Positions 51,778-61,170 of a stretch of 64,000 nucleotides of DNA are shown here, in pieces. A program made the position numbers and the translations under genes. Location: positions 36,897 to 100,896 of the forward strand of contig JBBDYC010000011.1 in the NCBI GenBank assembly GCA_040901985.1, read 5' to 3'. The stretch's first letter is position 1; every line of letters begins with the position of its first letter. The stretch is from Gemmatimonadaceae bacterium. Its GTDB lineage: Bacteria > Gemmatimonadota > Gemmatimonadetes > Gemmatimonadales > Gemmatimonadaceae. The notes beneath the pieces were generated by a model. That model saw nothing but the letters and a program-made list of their open reading frames with translations. It ran no database searches and was not told the origin of the DNA.

Positions 51778-54570
51778 CTAACGATGTCGCGCGATCTTCC
51801 TTGCGCCCGCACCTGAGATGCCCAGCGGACTCACCATCTGCTCATAGAGGCCGAGCAGGTGCTCGGCGCGCTCGCGGTCCGTCTTGAACGGCTCCTTGCG
51901 ATACAGCTTCTCCACCGCGCGGTCGAGTGCGTGGTGCGCCTTGCGGAGCGCTGCGGGCATTGCGTCTGGGTCGTAGAGATCGGCCAACGTGGCGTCCCGA
52001 TGTGCGGCGCGCGTGTCGAGAATGGCCTGGGCGAGAGGTTCGATGGACTTGAGTGCCGATGTGCCACCGGGCGGCAAGGGAAACGTGTTGTAGACTAGGC
52101 CGATAGCGTAGCGGAAATCGCTCTTGAGGCGTCCACCGATATGCCGGAGCCAACTCATATGCATTGCTGAGGTGAGTAGCGCAAACTCCCCGGCAGACGC
52201 GTTCAGAAGGATATGAACGGCATCGGTAGGAATCCACGGAGGTGCCAGCCATCCGATTGGCACATATTCTCGGCGTTCGGAACTCACGCGCGGCACCACG
52301 AGAAACGGCGCCAACGGAATCACGCTCAGCCCGAACTGCGCAGGCGTTTCCGCCGCTCGCAACGTCGATTCGCGCCTGCTCGCCAACCGGAACTTCCGCA
52401 CCGCGGCGATTCGTGCCTTTACGTGAGGCATTGCCGCCAACTTCGATGGCGAAACCTCGGCCAAATGGAGAATGAAACGCTCCGTGCCCTGCAGAAACTC
52501 CTCGGCCCCCACGAGCGGTCTCAGATACGCTGCCGCCTGCGGCTCAGTATTGATAAATGCGTCCCGCTCGGCGGCCGTGAAGATGAACTGCCCATCGTCG
52601 ATCGGTTGTGAGCCGATACTTGGCCGCGGCATCCCGTTCACTGGCCGCGAAACCTCCACGACCACCACTTGCGGGTTCTTCAACCGCGACGCATCAAACA
52701 AGTACGGACTGAGCACCGGATGCGTGCTCTCGTACGCCTCGCCATCCACCGCCTCGTACGAGAACAGTCGCTTGCCGGCAGGCGCGTGCTCCCGCCGCGT
52801 CAGTCCGAGGATCACCACGTGGACGTGCGCCTTGCCCCGCGCATCCGAGCCCCACGCGAAGGTCCGGTGCGCGAACGCAATCTCGAGCTTGCACTGGTCG
52901 AACAGGATCGGCCACAACTGCGCCACCTGTTCCCCCTGCGTGATCGAGTTCGTCGCGACAAACCCGATCCGAATGGGCCGCGTACCGATGTACCGTCCGG
53001 CGGTGATGAACCAAGCTGTCACGTAGTCCAGCGATCCACCGCTACCGCCCAGCGCCGCTACCCGCTGCACCTGCGCGCGCTGCGCCGCGGTCTGGAACTT
53101 GGACCCAATAAACGGCGGATTCCCGAGCACGTAGGTACACTGGTCCGGCGGCAGCACACTGGCCCAGGCCAGCTCCAACGCGTCCCCCGGCACGATGTGC
53201 GGGGACTTCTTCAACGGAATACGCACGTACGACTGCCCGAACTCCAGGCTCAGCCGGTTGTTCATTATGTGGTCCATCATCCACATCGCCGTCTCAGCAA
53301 TGCGCGCGGGAAACGCGCCGAGCTCGATGCCATAGAACTGGTCCACGTCCACCAGTGAAAGCACGGACGTATCGGCCTCCAACTGTCCGGGCGACACCTC
53401 GGAGCGGAGTTCGCGAATCACTGCAATCTCCAGTGATCGCAACTCGCGGTACGCGATGATCAGGAAGTTGCCGCACCCGCAGGCCGGGTCGAAGAAAGTC
53501 AGCGACCGCAGCTTCCGTTGGAACGCCTGCAATCGCTTCTGACGGTCGGTCTTGGCATCCCTGATCCGCGCGAACTCCGTCTTGAGATCGTCAAGGCACA
53601 GCGGGCCCAGCACCTTCAAAATGTTCTGCTCGGTGGTGTAATGCGCGCCCTGTGCACGCCGCTCCTTGGCGTCCATCACGGACTGGAACAGCGACCCGAA
53701 GATGGCGGGTGAGATGGCCCCCCAATCGAATTCACACGCGTCCAGCAGTAGTTGTCGCCCCTTGGCATCGAAGTCCGGAATCTGCAGACCTTCCTTGAAC
53801 AGATCGCCGTTCACGTACGGGAATCGCGCAAGGTCCTCGTCCAGCGCATTCCCGCGCGCGTCTTCCTCGGTGTTAAGCACCTGGAACAGCTTGACCAGCT
53901 TGGCACCGAGGTCCGTGCCGTCCTCGCCCGTGCGGTTGGTCAGATAGTCGAGGAAGATGTCACGCGGCTCGAAGATTCCCGTGTCGTCCGCGAACAGACA
54001 GAATACGAGGCGGACGAGGAACAGCTCGAGGTCGTGACCTGTGAATGCCGACGCTTCCAGCGCGTCGTGCAGGCGGCCCATCATCTCTGCCGCCTTCACG
54101 TTCACCGGATCTTGGTCCTCGAACGACCGCCGCTCGACGCCGATGATGAAGCCAAACTTCTCGACGTGCTTTGGCAACTCGGCGAGCGCAATGGACGTCC
54201 GTTCGTCGGTCTCGAGGTCCGTGAGATCGAACGTCTGGAAGTCGCTCACGAGGAGAAACCTCGGATGCTCGGCAGCCTTGAGCCCTGGGAAGTAATCCAG
54301 GGCCTGCGTTCGCGCCGACTCGAGGTTGCGTCCCTTGCTCTTCTGCTCAACGAGCAGGACGCCCTTCCAGAAGAGGTCAATGAATCCCTGCTTCTCGCCG
54401 AGTCGCTTGACGGGTTCTTCGAACGCCGCCACGCGTCGCACGGGCATCCCGAAGACGTCAAAAAAGTCGCGATAGAAGAGCTGAGTTTGCCCCTTCTCGT
54501 ACCCGTGGCCAGCCCAGTTCTTGGCGAACTCGGCCGCGCGCACACGGATCTCGTTCCAGGAGAGTCGCAT
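51778..54570 (-). CDS. MmeI-family type IIL restriction-modification enzyme
   Basis: N-terminal IDLFWKGVLLVEQKS nuclease motif, GAHYT, FFDPACGCGNF, GNPPF (m6A), C-terminal LADLYDP..MP..LRKAH. Confidence 0.92.
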   Translation of the reverse strand: MRLSWNEIRVRAAEFAKNWAGHGYEKGQTQLFYRDFFDVFGMPVRRVAAFEEPVKRLGEKQGFIDLFWKGVLLVEQKSKGRNLESARTQALDYFPGLKAAEHPRFLLVSDFQTFDLTDLETDERTSIALAELPKHVEKFGFIIGVERRSFEDQDPVNVKAAEMMGRLHDALEASAFTGHDLELFLVRLVFCLFADDTGIFEPRDIFLDYLTNRTGEDGTDLGAKLVKLFQVLNTEEDARGNALDEDLARFPYVNGDLFKEGLQIPDFDAKGRQLLLDACEFDWGAISPAIFGSLFQSVMDAKERRAQGAHYTTEQNILKVLGPLCLDDLKTEFARIRDAKTDRQKRLQAFQRKLRSLTFFDPACGCGNFLIIAYRELRSLEIAVIRELRSEVSPGQLEADTSVLSLVDVDQFYGIELGAFPARIAETAMWMMDHIMNNRLSLEFGQSYVRIPLKKSPHIVPGDALELAWASVLPPDQCTYVLGNPPFIGSKFQTAAQRAQVQRVAALGGSGGSLDYVTAWFITAGRYIGTRPIRIGFVATNSITQGEQVAQLWPILFDQCKLEIAFAHRTFAWGSDARGKAHVHVVILGLTRREHAPAGKRLFSYEAVDGEAYESTHPVLSPYLFDASRLKNPQVVVVEVSRPVNGMPRPSIGSQPIDDGQFIFTAAERDAFINTEPQAAAYLRPLVGAEEFLQGTERFILHLAEVSPSKLAAMPHVKARIAAVRKFRLASRRESTLRAAETPAQFGLSVIPLAPFLVVPRVSSERREYVPIGWLAPPWIPTDAVHILLNASAGEFALLTSAMHMSWLRHIGGRLKSDFRYAIGLVYNTFPLPPGGTSALKSIEPLAQAILDTRAAHRDATLADLYDPDAMPAALRKAHHALDRAVEKLYRKEPFKTDRERAEHLLGLYEQMVSPLGISGAGARKIARHR

Positions 54571-54680
54571 CGGCGCGGAATATGGGGGAGAATCGCGGGT
54601 CGGGCCATAGGCCCATGGTAGTTCTCCTACCCAACGACACAGGCATCATCCCGTTGCCGCACCCATCGAACGCCGCAGCC

Positions 54681-55664
54681 CTACCCGCGCACCTCGCCGT
54701 GATCCCCAATGCTCGCCGCGCCCTTCACCCCCTCCAGCACCACCGCATCCCCAATCATCGAGTCGTGCAGCGCGCAGTCGGTGATCCGCGCCGCCTCGCC
54801 GACGATCGTGTCGCGAAGCGTGCTCCCCTTCACCACCGATCCCGCCCCGATCACCACGTTCGGCCCGATCGTCGAGTCGCTCACTGTCGCCCCATCCTCG
54901 ATCCGCACCGGCTCCACGATCTTCACCTTCGTGAGCCCCTTTGCCGGCACGCGCGCGCGCCCCTTTTCCAGCATCACGCGATTCGTGGCGAGCAGCGTCT
55001 CGAGCTTCCCGGCGTCGTACCACCCCGCCACGTCAATCACGCGGATCTTCGCGCCCTGGTCTATCATGTACTGGAAGGCGTCCGTCAGATACCACTCGCC
55101 CTTGTTCGCCGGCTGGGCGAGCGTGTGGGCGATCCCCTCGTAGAGCAGCTTCCAGTTCCTCATATAGTAGAGGCCGATGTTCGCCCGCTTGGAGATCGGC
55201 GTGCTCGGCTTCTCGACGATCCTCGTCATATGTCCGTTGGCATCGGTCACGACCACGCCGAAGCGCTGGTAGTCCTCGACCTCCTCGGTCCAGATGATCC
55301 CGTCGTCGGTCGAGTCGGCAATCACCGAGAGGTCGGCGTCGAAGATCGTGTCCACGAAGATGATCATCACGGGCTGGTCCACGTACGGGCGCGCGAGGTC
55401 CACCGCGCCGGCCGTGCCGTCCTGCACCTGCTGCTCGACGAAGACGCTGGGAAACGCGTACGCGGCGCGCGCGTGTCGCTCCACGATCTCCTTGAGATGG
55501 CCAGTGATGTAGACGACCTGCTCGACGTTGCCAAGCTTCGCGACGTCGTCCATCACGTAGTCCATCACCGGCTTGCCGGCCACCTTGAGCATCGGCTTCG
55601 GCACGGTGTGCGTGTGCGGGCGCAGGCGCGTGCCCTTCCCCGCCAGCGGGATGATCACCTTCAC
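54681..55664 (-). CDS. Sugar-phosphate nucleotidyltransferase with hexapeptide-repeat C-terminus
   Basis: AGKGTRLRPHT..PKP, IVEKP, GEWYLTDA, left-handed beta-helix tail. Confidence 0.9.
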   Translation of the reverse strand: MKVIIPLAGKGTRLRPHTHTVPKPMLKVAGKPVMDYVMDDVAKLGNVEQVVYITGHLKEIVERHARAAYAFPSVFVEQQVQDGTAGAVDLARPYVDQPVMIIFVDTIFDADLSVIADSTDDGIIWTEEVEDYQRFGVVVTDANGHMTRIVEKPSTPISKRANIGLYYMRNWKLLYEGIAHTLAQPANKGEWYLTDAFQYMIDQGAKIRVIDVAGWYDAGKLETLLATNRVMLEKGRARVPAKGLTKVKIVEPVRIEDGATVSDSTIGPNVVIGAGSVVKGSTLRDTIVGEAARITDCALHDSMIGDAVVLEGVKGAASIGDHGEVRG

Positions 55665-56047
55665 GGCGTCGAGGTCCCCTCGCGACCATAGCGGTCGGCC
55701 AGGCGCACCACGTCGTCGAGGTGCGGCGTGGACACCTCGAGGACGTCGCAGTCGGTGACGGCCTCCAGCTGGTGGATCGTCCGCGGCGTGTTGCGGAAGC
55801 TCTCGCCAGCCTTGAACGCGACGTCGCGCATCCCGGTCCCGTCGTCCACACGGTACTTCATCTCGCCGCTCATCAGGAAGAGCGTCTCGTCCTTGCGCTC
55901 GTGGTACTGCAGCGAGAGCGCGTGGCCGGCGTTGATGTGGAGGAGCTTGCCCACGTAGTGTTCGCTGTGCGCCCAGATGATCTCGTGGCCCCAGGGCTTC
56001 TGGACGAGCTTCACCGTGAACTTCGTCGCTCCGGTTGATCCGGTCAC
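55661..56047 (-). CDS. Cupin protein (mannose-6-phosphate isomerase C-terminal-like)
   Basis: KPWG.E, LSLQYHERKDET, EVSTPHLDDVVRL.D.YGR. Confidence 0.85.
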   Translation of the reverse strand: MTGSTGATKFTVKLVQKPWGHEIIWAHSEHYVGKLLHINAGHALSLQYHERKDETLFLMSGEMKYRVDDGTGMRDVAFKAGESFRNTPRTIHQLEAVTDCDVLEVSTPHLDDVVRLADRYGREGTSTP

Positions 56048-56628
56048 GCCATCATCTCCAAGGGCACGGCGCTGATGCTGCTCGGCGTCGTCACGCACGC
56101 GTTGAGGCACAGGCCGCACCCGGTACAGGCCGCGCCGATCACCGGGCGACCGCGGTCATCCATCTTCAAGGCGTCCTCGCCCACCGGGCAGACACGCGCG
56201 CAGATCCCGCATTCCACGTCGCGGTAGGTGATGCACCGCGTCGTATCAATCTCCAGCTGGGCCAGCTTGGCGTCGCGCCACCCCCAGGCCGGCACCTCCA
56301 GTGCCGGCGTCGGACAGGCCGCCGCACAGGGCATCGTCTCGCACATAATGCACGCCGTCACGGCCACGTCGAGCACCGGCGTGCCGCCGGCAAGTCCGTG
56401 CGACGGCGGGAGCTTGGTGATGGCGTGCACCGGGCAGACATCCGAGCACTCGCCGCACCGCGTGCAGGCGGCCAGGAACGCCGGCTCGGGAAGCGCGCCG
56501 GGCGGGCGCACGTAGCGGTTGGGCGCGACCCGCTCGCCGAGCGCGTCCACGACTTCGCGCAGGGCGCGTTTCAGGCCCTGCGAGAAGAAGCCGCGCCGAT
56601 CGAGTTGGTCCGCTCCGTCTCGCGCCAT
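56044..56628 (-). CDS. Polyferredoxin, NapG/MauM-like
   Basis: DRRGFF, RPPGA, four Cys cluster motifs. Confidence 0.85.
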   Translation of the reverse strand: MARDGADQLDRRGFFSQGLKRALREVVDALGERVAPNRYVRPPGALPEPAFLAACTRCGECSDVCPVHAITKLPPSHGLAGGTPVLDVAVTACIMCETMPCAAACPTPALEVPAWGWRDAKLAQLEIDTTRCITYRDVECGICARVCPVGEDALKMDDRGRPVIGAACTGCGLCLNACVTTPSSISAVPLEMMA

Positions 56629-56677
56629 AGCTGGGGAATCTGCCTCTGGCGCGGGCGAAAGATAAGAGGGGACGCCC

Positions 56678-57631
56678 TCAATGGAGCCACGTCGCGTTGA
56701 TGCGCCCGACCCGGTGCACCTCCGGCCCGCCGAGGTACTCGCGCGACCGCGCGGTGACGGTGTACTCCACGAGCAGCTTCAGCATCCGCATCCCGAAGCC
56801 CCGTTCCAGTTCCATCACCGGCGAAAGCCGCTTCACGCTGGCGAAGTCACGCCGCCCGTTGCCGTCGAGAAAGAGCGAGTGGCCCACCGCCTCGCCGCCG
56901 AGCCGCGCAATGAGGTAGATCCCGCCATTGGTCATCGGCTCCCGCACCCACGGGTGCCGCAATCCCCAACCGGCCCGAACGGTCACGCTCGCCGCCGCCG
57001 AGGCGCGGAGCGTCCCCAGCGCCGCGGACACGTGGGGCATCGCGTCCACGCTCCACCGCGGCCGCTCCCCGACCGAACGCAGTTCCTCGAGCCGCACGGT
57101 GGCGGCATAGAAGAGTTCGTTGGGGAGCTGATGGTCCCAGCCCAACGGCTGGCGGAGGAAGCGATCCTTCCGATGGATCCACGCCTGGAGGTCGTCGGCG
57201 CGCGCGTTGGGGCCGGTGGTGCCGACGACGACGCCGAGCGCCAGCGCGCGGTCGGTCCGGATGGCCCGCAGCTCGGCGCGGGCAGAGAGCCACCCCGCGT
57301 GCGGCCGCTGGCCGGCCACCGGCACGGTGTCCTCCTTGGTGGGCGTGTACATCTGTTGGCCGAGCGACAGTGCCACCGCGCAAGCCGACCGCCGGTCGCA
57401 GGGCACGCGCGTCACGGCGTTGCGCGCCGTTGGCAGGGTCAGCTCGAGGGCCGCCCCGTGCGTGTAGTTATGGTCCGAGCGCCGGTTCGGGGGGCGCGTG
57501 AAGACGAAGTAGTCGTTGTCGAGGGCGGTGACCCGCGAGCGCTGCACCTCGACGTCCTGGGCCGCCGCGCCACCGGCGGCCATCGCGGCAACCACGAGCG
57601 CCGCGCTGGCGAGGCGGCAGGCCGCGCACAT
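56678..57631 (-). CDS. Lipid A deacylase LpxR family (DUF2219) outer-membrane protein
   Basis: DND, D.NYTHG, GQQMYTP, RPHAGWL, Q.WIH, GWDHQL.NE. Confidence 0.8.
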   Translation of the reverse strand: MCAACRLASAALVVAAMAAGGAAAQDVEVQRSRVTALDNDYFVFTRPPNRRSDHNYTHGAALELTLPTARNAVTRVPCDRRSACAVALSLGQQMYTPTKEDTVPVAGQRPHAGWLSARAELRAIRTDRALALGVVVGTTGPNARADDLQAWIHRKDRFLRQPLGWDHQLPNELFYAATVRLEELRSVGERPRWSVDAMPHVSAALGTLRASAAASVTVRAGWGLRHPWVREPMTNGGIYLIARLGGEAVGHSLFLDGNGRRDFASVKRLSPVMELERGFGMRMLKLLVEYTVTARSREYLGGPEVHRVGRINATWLH

Positions 57632-57660
57632 CCAATCCGACTCGCGCAGGCGGCCGCCCC

Positions 57661-58203
57661 TCACCGCGCCGCGAGAAGCTTCTCGCGCAGCCGACCGAGC
57701 TTTCGCCGCACCGAGCCGTCCATCACCGTGTCGCCGACGCGCACGACCACGCCGCCGAGGATCCGCTCGTCCACCGTGACGTGCGGAATGACGGTCTTTG
57801 CCAGCGCCTTGGTGAGCGACTTCGTGAGCGCCGCGCGCGCCTTGGCGTCGTACGCGCGCGCCACGGTGACCCGCGCGTGCACCCGCCCCTCCGCCGCGTC
57901 GAGCAGGCCGTGGTACTCCACCGCGATCTCCGGCAACAGCATCTGCCTGCGGTTCGTCACCAGCTTCTGCACAAAGCGCACAAAGAGCTTCGGCGTGCTT
58001 CCCTCCAGCGCCTTGCCAAGGACGGCGTTCTTCTCGCCGGCGCTCACCTGCGGCGCGTCGAGGAAGTTGCGCAAGGTCCGGTCCTGCGCGACGGCGTCGC
58101 CGAGCGCACTGATCAACTCGCCCCACCCGGCGGCATCGTCGGCCTTGCCCGCGAGGGCGAGGAGGGCCTCGGCGTAGTTGCGGGCGATCGAGACGTCGCG
58201 CAT
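57661..58203 (-). CDS. atpH: ATP synthase F1 delta subunit
   Basis: IARNYAEAL, VDERILGG...GD..MDGSV. Confidence 0.95.
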   Translation of the reverse strand: MRDVSIARNYAEALLALAGKADDAAGWGELISALGDAVAQDRTLRNFLDAPQVSAGEKNAVLGKALEGSTPKLFVRFVQKLVTNRRQMLLPEIAVEYHGLLDAAEGRVHARVTVARAYDAKARAALTKSLTKALAKTVIPHVTVDERILGGVVVRVGDTVMDGSVRRKLGRLREKLLAAR

Positions 58204-58793
58204 CACTTGCCGCCGAGCGAGGTGAGGTACTCCTCGACGAGCTTGCGGTCGGCATCGGCGTCGAGCTTCTGCCCGATCAGCCTGCCGGCGCCGGCGAGGG
58301 CGAGGTCCACGGCCTCACGGCGGAGCTCGTCAATGGCCTTGGACTTTTCGCTCTCGATCTCCTTGCGGGCGCGGTCGAGGAGTTCCCCCTGCTGCTGGCG
58401 CGTCTGCTCGAGCATCTCGCCGCGCATTGACTCGGCGGTGGCACGGCCCTCGGCGATGTAGCGCTGGGCCTCGTTGCGCGCCGCCTCGATTGCCGCGCGC
58501 TGCTCGGCGAGGAGCTTGGCGGCGTCGTTGCGGTCGCGCTCGGCGGCCGCCATCGCGTCGGTGATCGCCTGCTCGCGCGCGTTGACCGCCTCCAGGATCG
58601 GCCCCCAGGCAAACTTCTTGAGGATGAGCAGCACGACGATGAAGATCGCCAGCGTCCAGGTCATCAACCCGAGGTGCGGGTCGAGCAGGCCGGGCTTGGC
58701 TCCCGCCTCGGCGGCGTGGGCCGGCGCGGCGGTGACGGCGGTGACGGCGGTCAAGGCAACCAAGGCAATCAGGGCAACGGGCGAAAGGCGCAT
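58203..58793 (-). CDS. atpF: ATP synthase Fo subunit b
   Basis: GLMTWT..F...[10 protein letters not shown]...RE followed by a coiled coil. Confidence 0.95.
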   Translation of the reverse strand: MRLSPVALIALVALTAVTAVTAAPAHAAEAGAKPGLLDPHLGLMTWTLAIFIVVLLILKKFAWGPILEAVNAREQAITDAMAAAERDRNDAAKLLAEQRAAIEAARNEAQRYIAEGRATAESMRGEMLEQTRQQQGELLDRARKEIESEKSKAIDELRREAVDLALAGAGRLIGQKLDADADRKLVEEYLTSLGGK

Positions 58794-58897
58794 TGTCAGT
58801 GTGGGATGATGTCGGGCCGCGGCCCCGCCGACGACGACGGGGCACCGCGCAGGGCGGACGCGGCGGAGCGAACCCCGCCGCGCCCATCCGGCGCGGA

Positions 58898-59173
58898 CTA
58901 GAACTTCGCCTGGATCATAAAGCCGACGACGACGCCGAACAGCGCGGCGCCCTCGATGAGCGCGGCAAGGATGATGCCGGCCGTGCGGATCGTGGCCGCC
59001 GCTTCGGGCTGGCGGGCGATCCCCTCGGCCGCCGCGCCGCCGATGCGACCGATGCCGAGACCGGCGCCGATCACCGAGAGTCCGGCCGCGAGGCCGGCGC
59101 CGATGAGCGCGAGGCCGGTGTTGTTGTTGGTGGCCGTGTCCACCGTGGCCTGCAGGAGCGGATAGAACGTCAT
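58898..59173 (-). CDS. atpE: ATP synthase Fo subunit c
   Basis: GAGLGIG, ARQPE, ALIEG. Confidence 0.96.
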   Translation of the reverse strand: MTFYPLLQATVDTATNNNTGLALIGAGLAAGLSVIGAGLGIGRIGGAAAEGIARQPEAAATIRTAGIILAALIEGAALFGVVVGFMIQAKF

Positions 59174-59343
59174 TGCGAATCCCTCAGAGTGTAGTCCCAA
59201 CGTGGTCCAACGCGCCGTCCCGGCCGCTTTCCGCCAGCGGACTCATCCGAGTCCAGCGGAATTCCCCCGGCGCTCGCCGAGGTACGGGTGGGAGGGCCGG
59301 CCTGCTGCCCCCCACCTCCCTCTCCCCTCTCACCTCTCACCTC

Positions 59344-60297
59344 TTAATGCGCAACTTCCCGGATCTGCCCGATGAACACCGCCGAGAGCAGGGTGAAGAC
59401 AAACGCCTGCAGGAACGCGACGAAGATCTCGAGGAACATAATTGCCAGCGCCATCAGGAACGGCAGCACGCTCGCCGGGCCGGCGGCGGCGAAGATCAGC
59501 CCCACGAAGGCGAGGACGACGATGTGGCCCGCCGTCATATTGGCAAAGAGACGGATGGCCAGCGCAAACGGCTTGGTGAACTTCCCGATGATCTCCACCG
59601 GGCTCATGATCACGAACATTATTGGCCGCATCAGCAGCGGCAGTTCCTTGTTCCAGTAGAACATCGTGCTCAGGTAGCCGATGCCGTTGGCGCGGATGCC
59701 GGCAATCTCCACGGTGACGAAGGTCATCAGCGCGAGCGTCGCGGTGACCGAGATGTTCCCCGTGGCCGTTGCGCCGTAGGGCACGAGGCCGAGCAGGTTG
59801 AGCGTCAGGATGAAGAAGAACGCCGTGAGCAGGTAGGGGACGAACCCCTCGCCGTGGTGGCCGACGTTGGGGAGGATCACCTCGTCGCGGATGTAGAGGA
59901 CCATCGCCTCGGCGGCGTTGGGCGCGCCCTTCGGTGCGGCGCCCGCCGCGGTCGAGCGGCGCTGCGCGTTCGCGGCGAGGATCATCAGGAGGCAGAGCAG
60001 CGTCGCTCCGACGAGGAGCATCACCACGTGCTTGGTGGGCGAGAGGTCAATGGTGACGCCGCCAATCCGGACCGGCTCCCAGTGGGGGAGCGTGATCTCC
60101 TTGAAGAACGGGAAGACCGGCCACGGCACCTCCATATGGTTCCCGTCGGAGATGTGCGGCGTGATGATGTCCACCGCCTCGGCGGCGTGCTCCTGCGCGC
60201 CCAGCGGAGCGCTGAGCGGCGCGGCGAGCGGCGCGGCGCCGAGGAGGAGCGCGGCGACGAGAAGGACAACCGGACCGACAATGCGAGGACGCGTCAT
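59344..60297 (-). CDS. atpB: ATP synthase Fo subunit a
   Basis: NLLGLVP, ALAIRLFANMTAGH, LQAFVFTLL. Confidence 0.96.
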   Translation of the reverse strand: MTRPRIVGPVVLLVAALLLGAAPLAAPLSAPLGAQEHAAEAVDIITPHISDGNHMEVPWPVFPFFKEITLPHWEPVRIGGVTIDLSPTKHVVMLLVGATLLCLLMILAANAQRRSTAAGAAPKGAPNAAEAMVLYIRDEVILPNVGHHGEGFVPYLLTAFFFILTLNLLGLVPYGATATGNISVTATLALMTFVTVEIAGIRANGIGYLSTMFYWNKELPLLMRPIMFVIMSPVEIIGKFTKPFALAIRLFANMTAGHIVVLAFVGLIFAAAGPASVLPFLMALAIMFLEIFVAFLQAFVFTLLSAVFIGQIREVAH

Positions 60298-60641
60298 TTT
60301 CTGAGGAAGATCGGCTCGAGCAGCATTGTGACGAAGAGGAATCCAGCAAGACTGACGAGCGCGGGACCGAGGGCGAGTCCCAGCGCCGTGGCCCCGACCA
60401 GCGCGTACACGATCAGCACGCCAAAGCGAAGCAGCGACCCCAGCCCCCACCCGGCAATCGGGTTCCGCTCCAGGAGGCCGCGGGCGACGCCGAACGCGAT
60501 AATCTGCACGCTCCACGCGATTGCCGCACTGGTCCAGACCGCCTGGGCCACGCCCGGCCCGCGGAAGGCCAGCGTGGCCAACCACCCACCCACGAGGACC
60601 ACCGCCGCCGCGACCGCCGCGAATACGAGCGCCTGCCTCAA
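60294..60641 (-). CDS. ATP synthase accessory membrane protein (AtpI-like)
   Basis: Four TM helices; lies between the AtpZ-like gene and atpB. Confidence 0.7.
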   Translation of the reverse strand: MRQALVFAAVAAAVVLVGGWLATLAFRGPGVAQAVWTSAAIAWSVQIIAFGVARGLLERNPIAGWGLGSLLRFGVLIVYALVGATALGLALGPALVSLAGFLFVTMLLEPIFLRK

Positions 60642-60982
60642 CCGTCGGTCCCCGGCCGGTCCGTCGCGGCGCGCTTCCGCGCCGCCGCGTCGGCCTCGTC
60701 CCGCTTGAGGTCACCGATGAGCCGCCGGTACATCGAGTAGAAGGCCGCCCCCGCGCCGACGAAGACGCCGAGGATCACGAAGAGCCCGCCCGTGCCCAGC
60801 TTGCGGTCAAGCCATTGTCCCAGAAAGAGAAAGAGCAGGATCGCGAGCGCGAACTGGAGCCCAAGGCCGGCGTACCGGCCGGCGACCCCAAGCGACCCCG
60901 TGCGCCCGCCGATCGGGACCGGCGGAGGCGCGACCGGGGGCGGTGGTTCCGGCGGGCCAGAGGGGCGCGGGTTTTCGACCAT
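60638..60982 (-). CDS. AtpZ/AtpI-family (ATPase gene 1) protein
   Basis: GLQFALAILLFLFLGQWLDRKLGT motif. Confidence 0.85.
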   Translation of the reverse strand: MVENPRPSGPPEPPPPVAPPPVPIGGRTGSLGVAGRYAGLGLQFALAILLFLFLGQWLDRKLGTGGLFVILGVFVGAGAAFYSMYRRLIGDLKRDEADAAARKRAATDRPGTDG

Positions 60983-60993
60983 TTGCAAGAGTG

Positions 60994-61022
60994 AAAATAG
61001 GAGTTTGTGAAATATTTCGCAA
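60994..61022 (-). promoter_or_regulatory. atp promoter (TTGCGA-N17-TATTTT) overlapped by a Rex-type operator
   Basis: TTGTGAAATATTTCGCAA at 61005-61022, one mismatch from TTGTGAA-N4-TTCACAA. Confidence 0.7.
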
Positions 61023-61170
61023 GCAGCTTTCCACGGCCAGGCCGGAGGGGCTGCACATTCGTGATTGAAGGCCAACTGTTCGCGGCCCTTCGACTTAGCG
61101 CTGACCACCAATTTGACGGATCGTCTGCGTGTTGATAAGTTCCATTCGCCTCCCACCGGTGATGTCGCTT

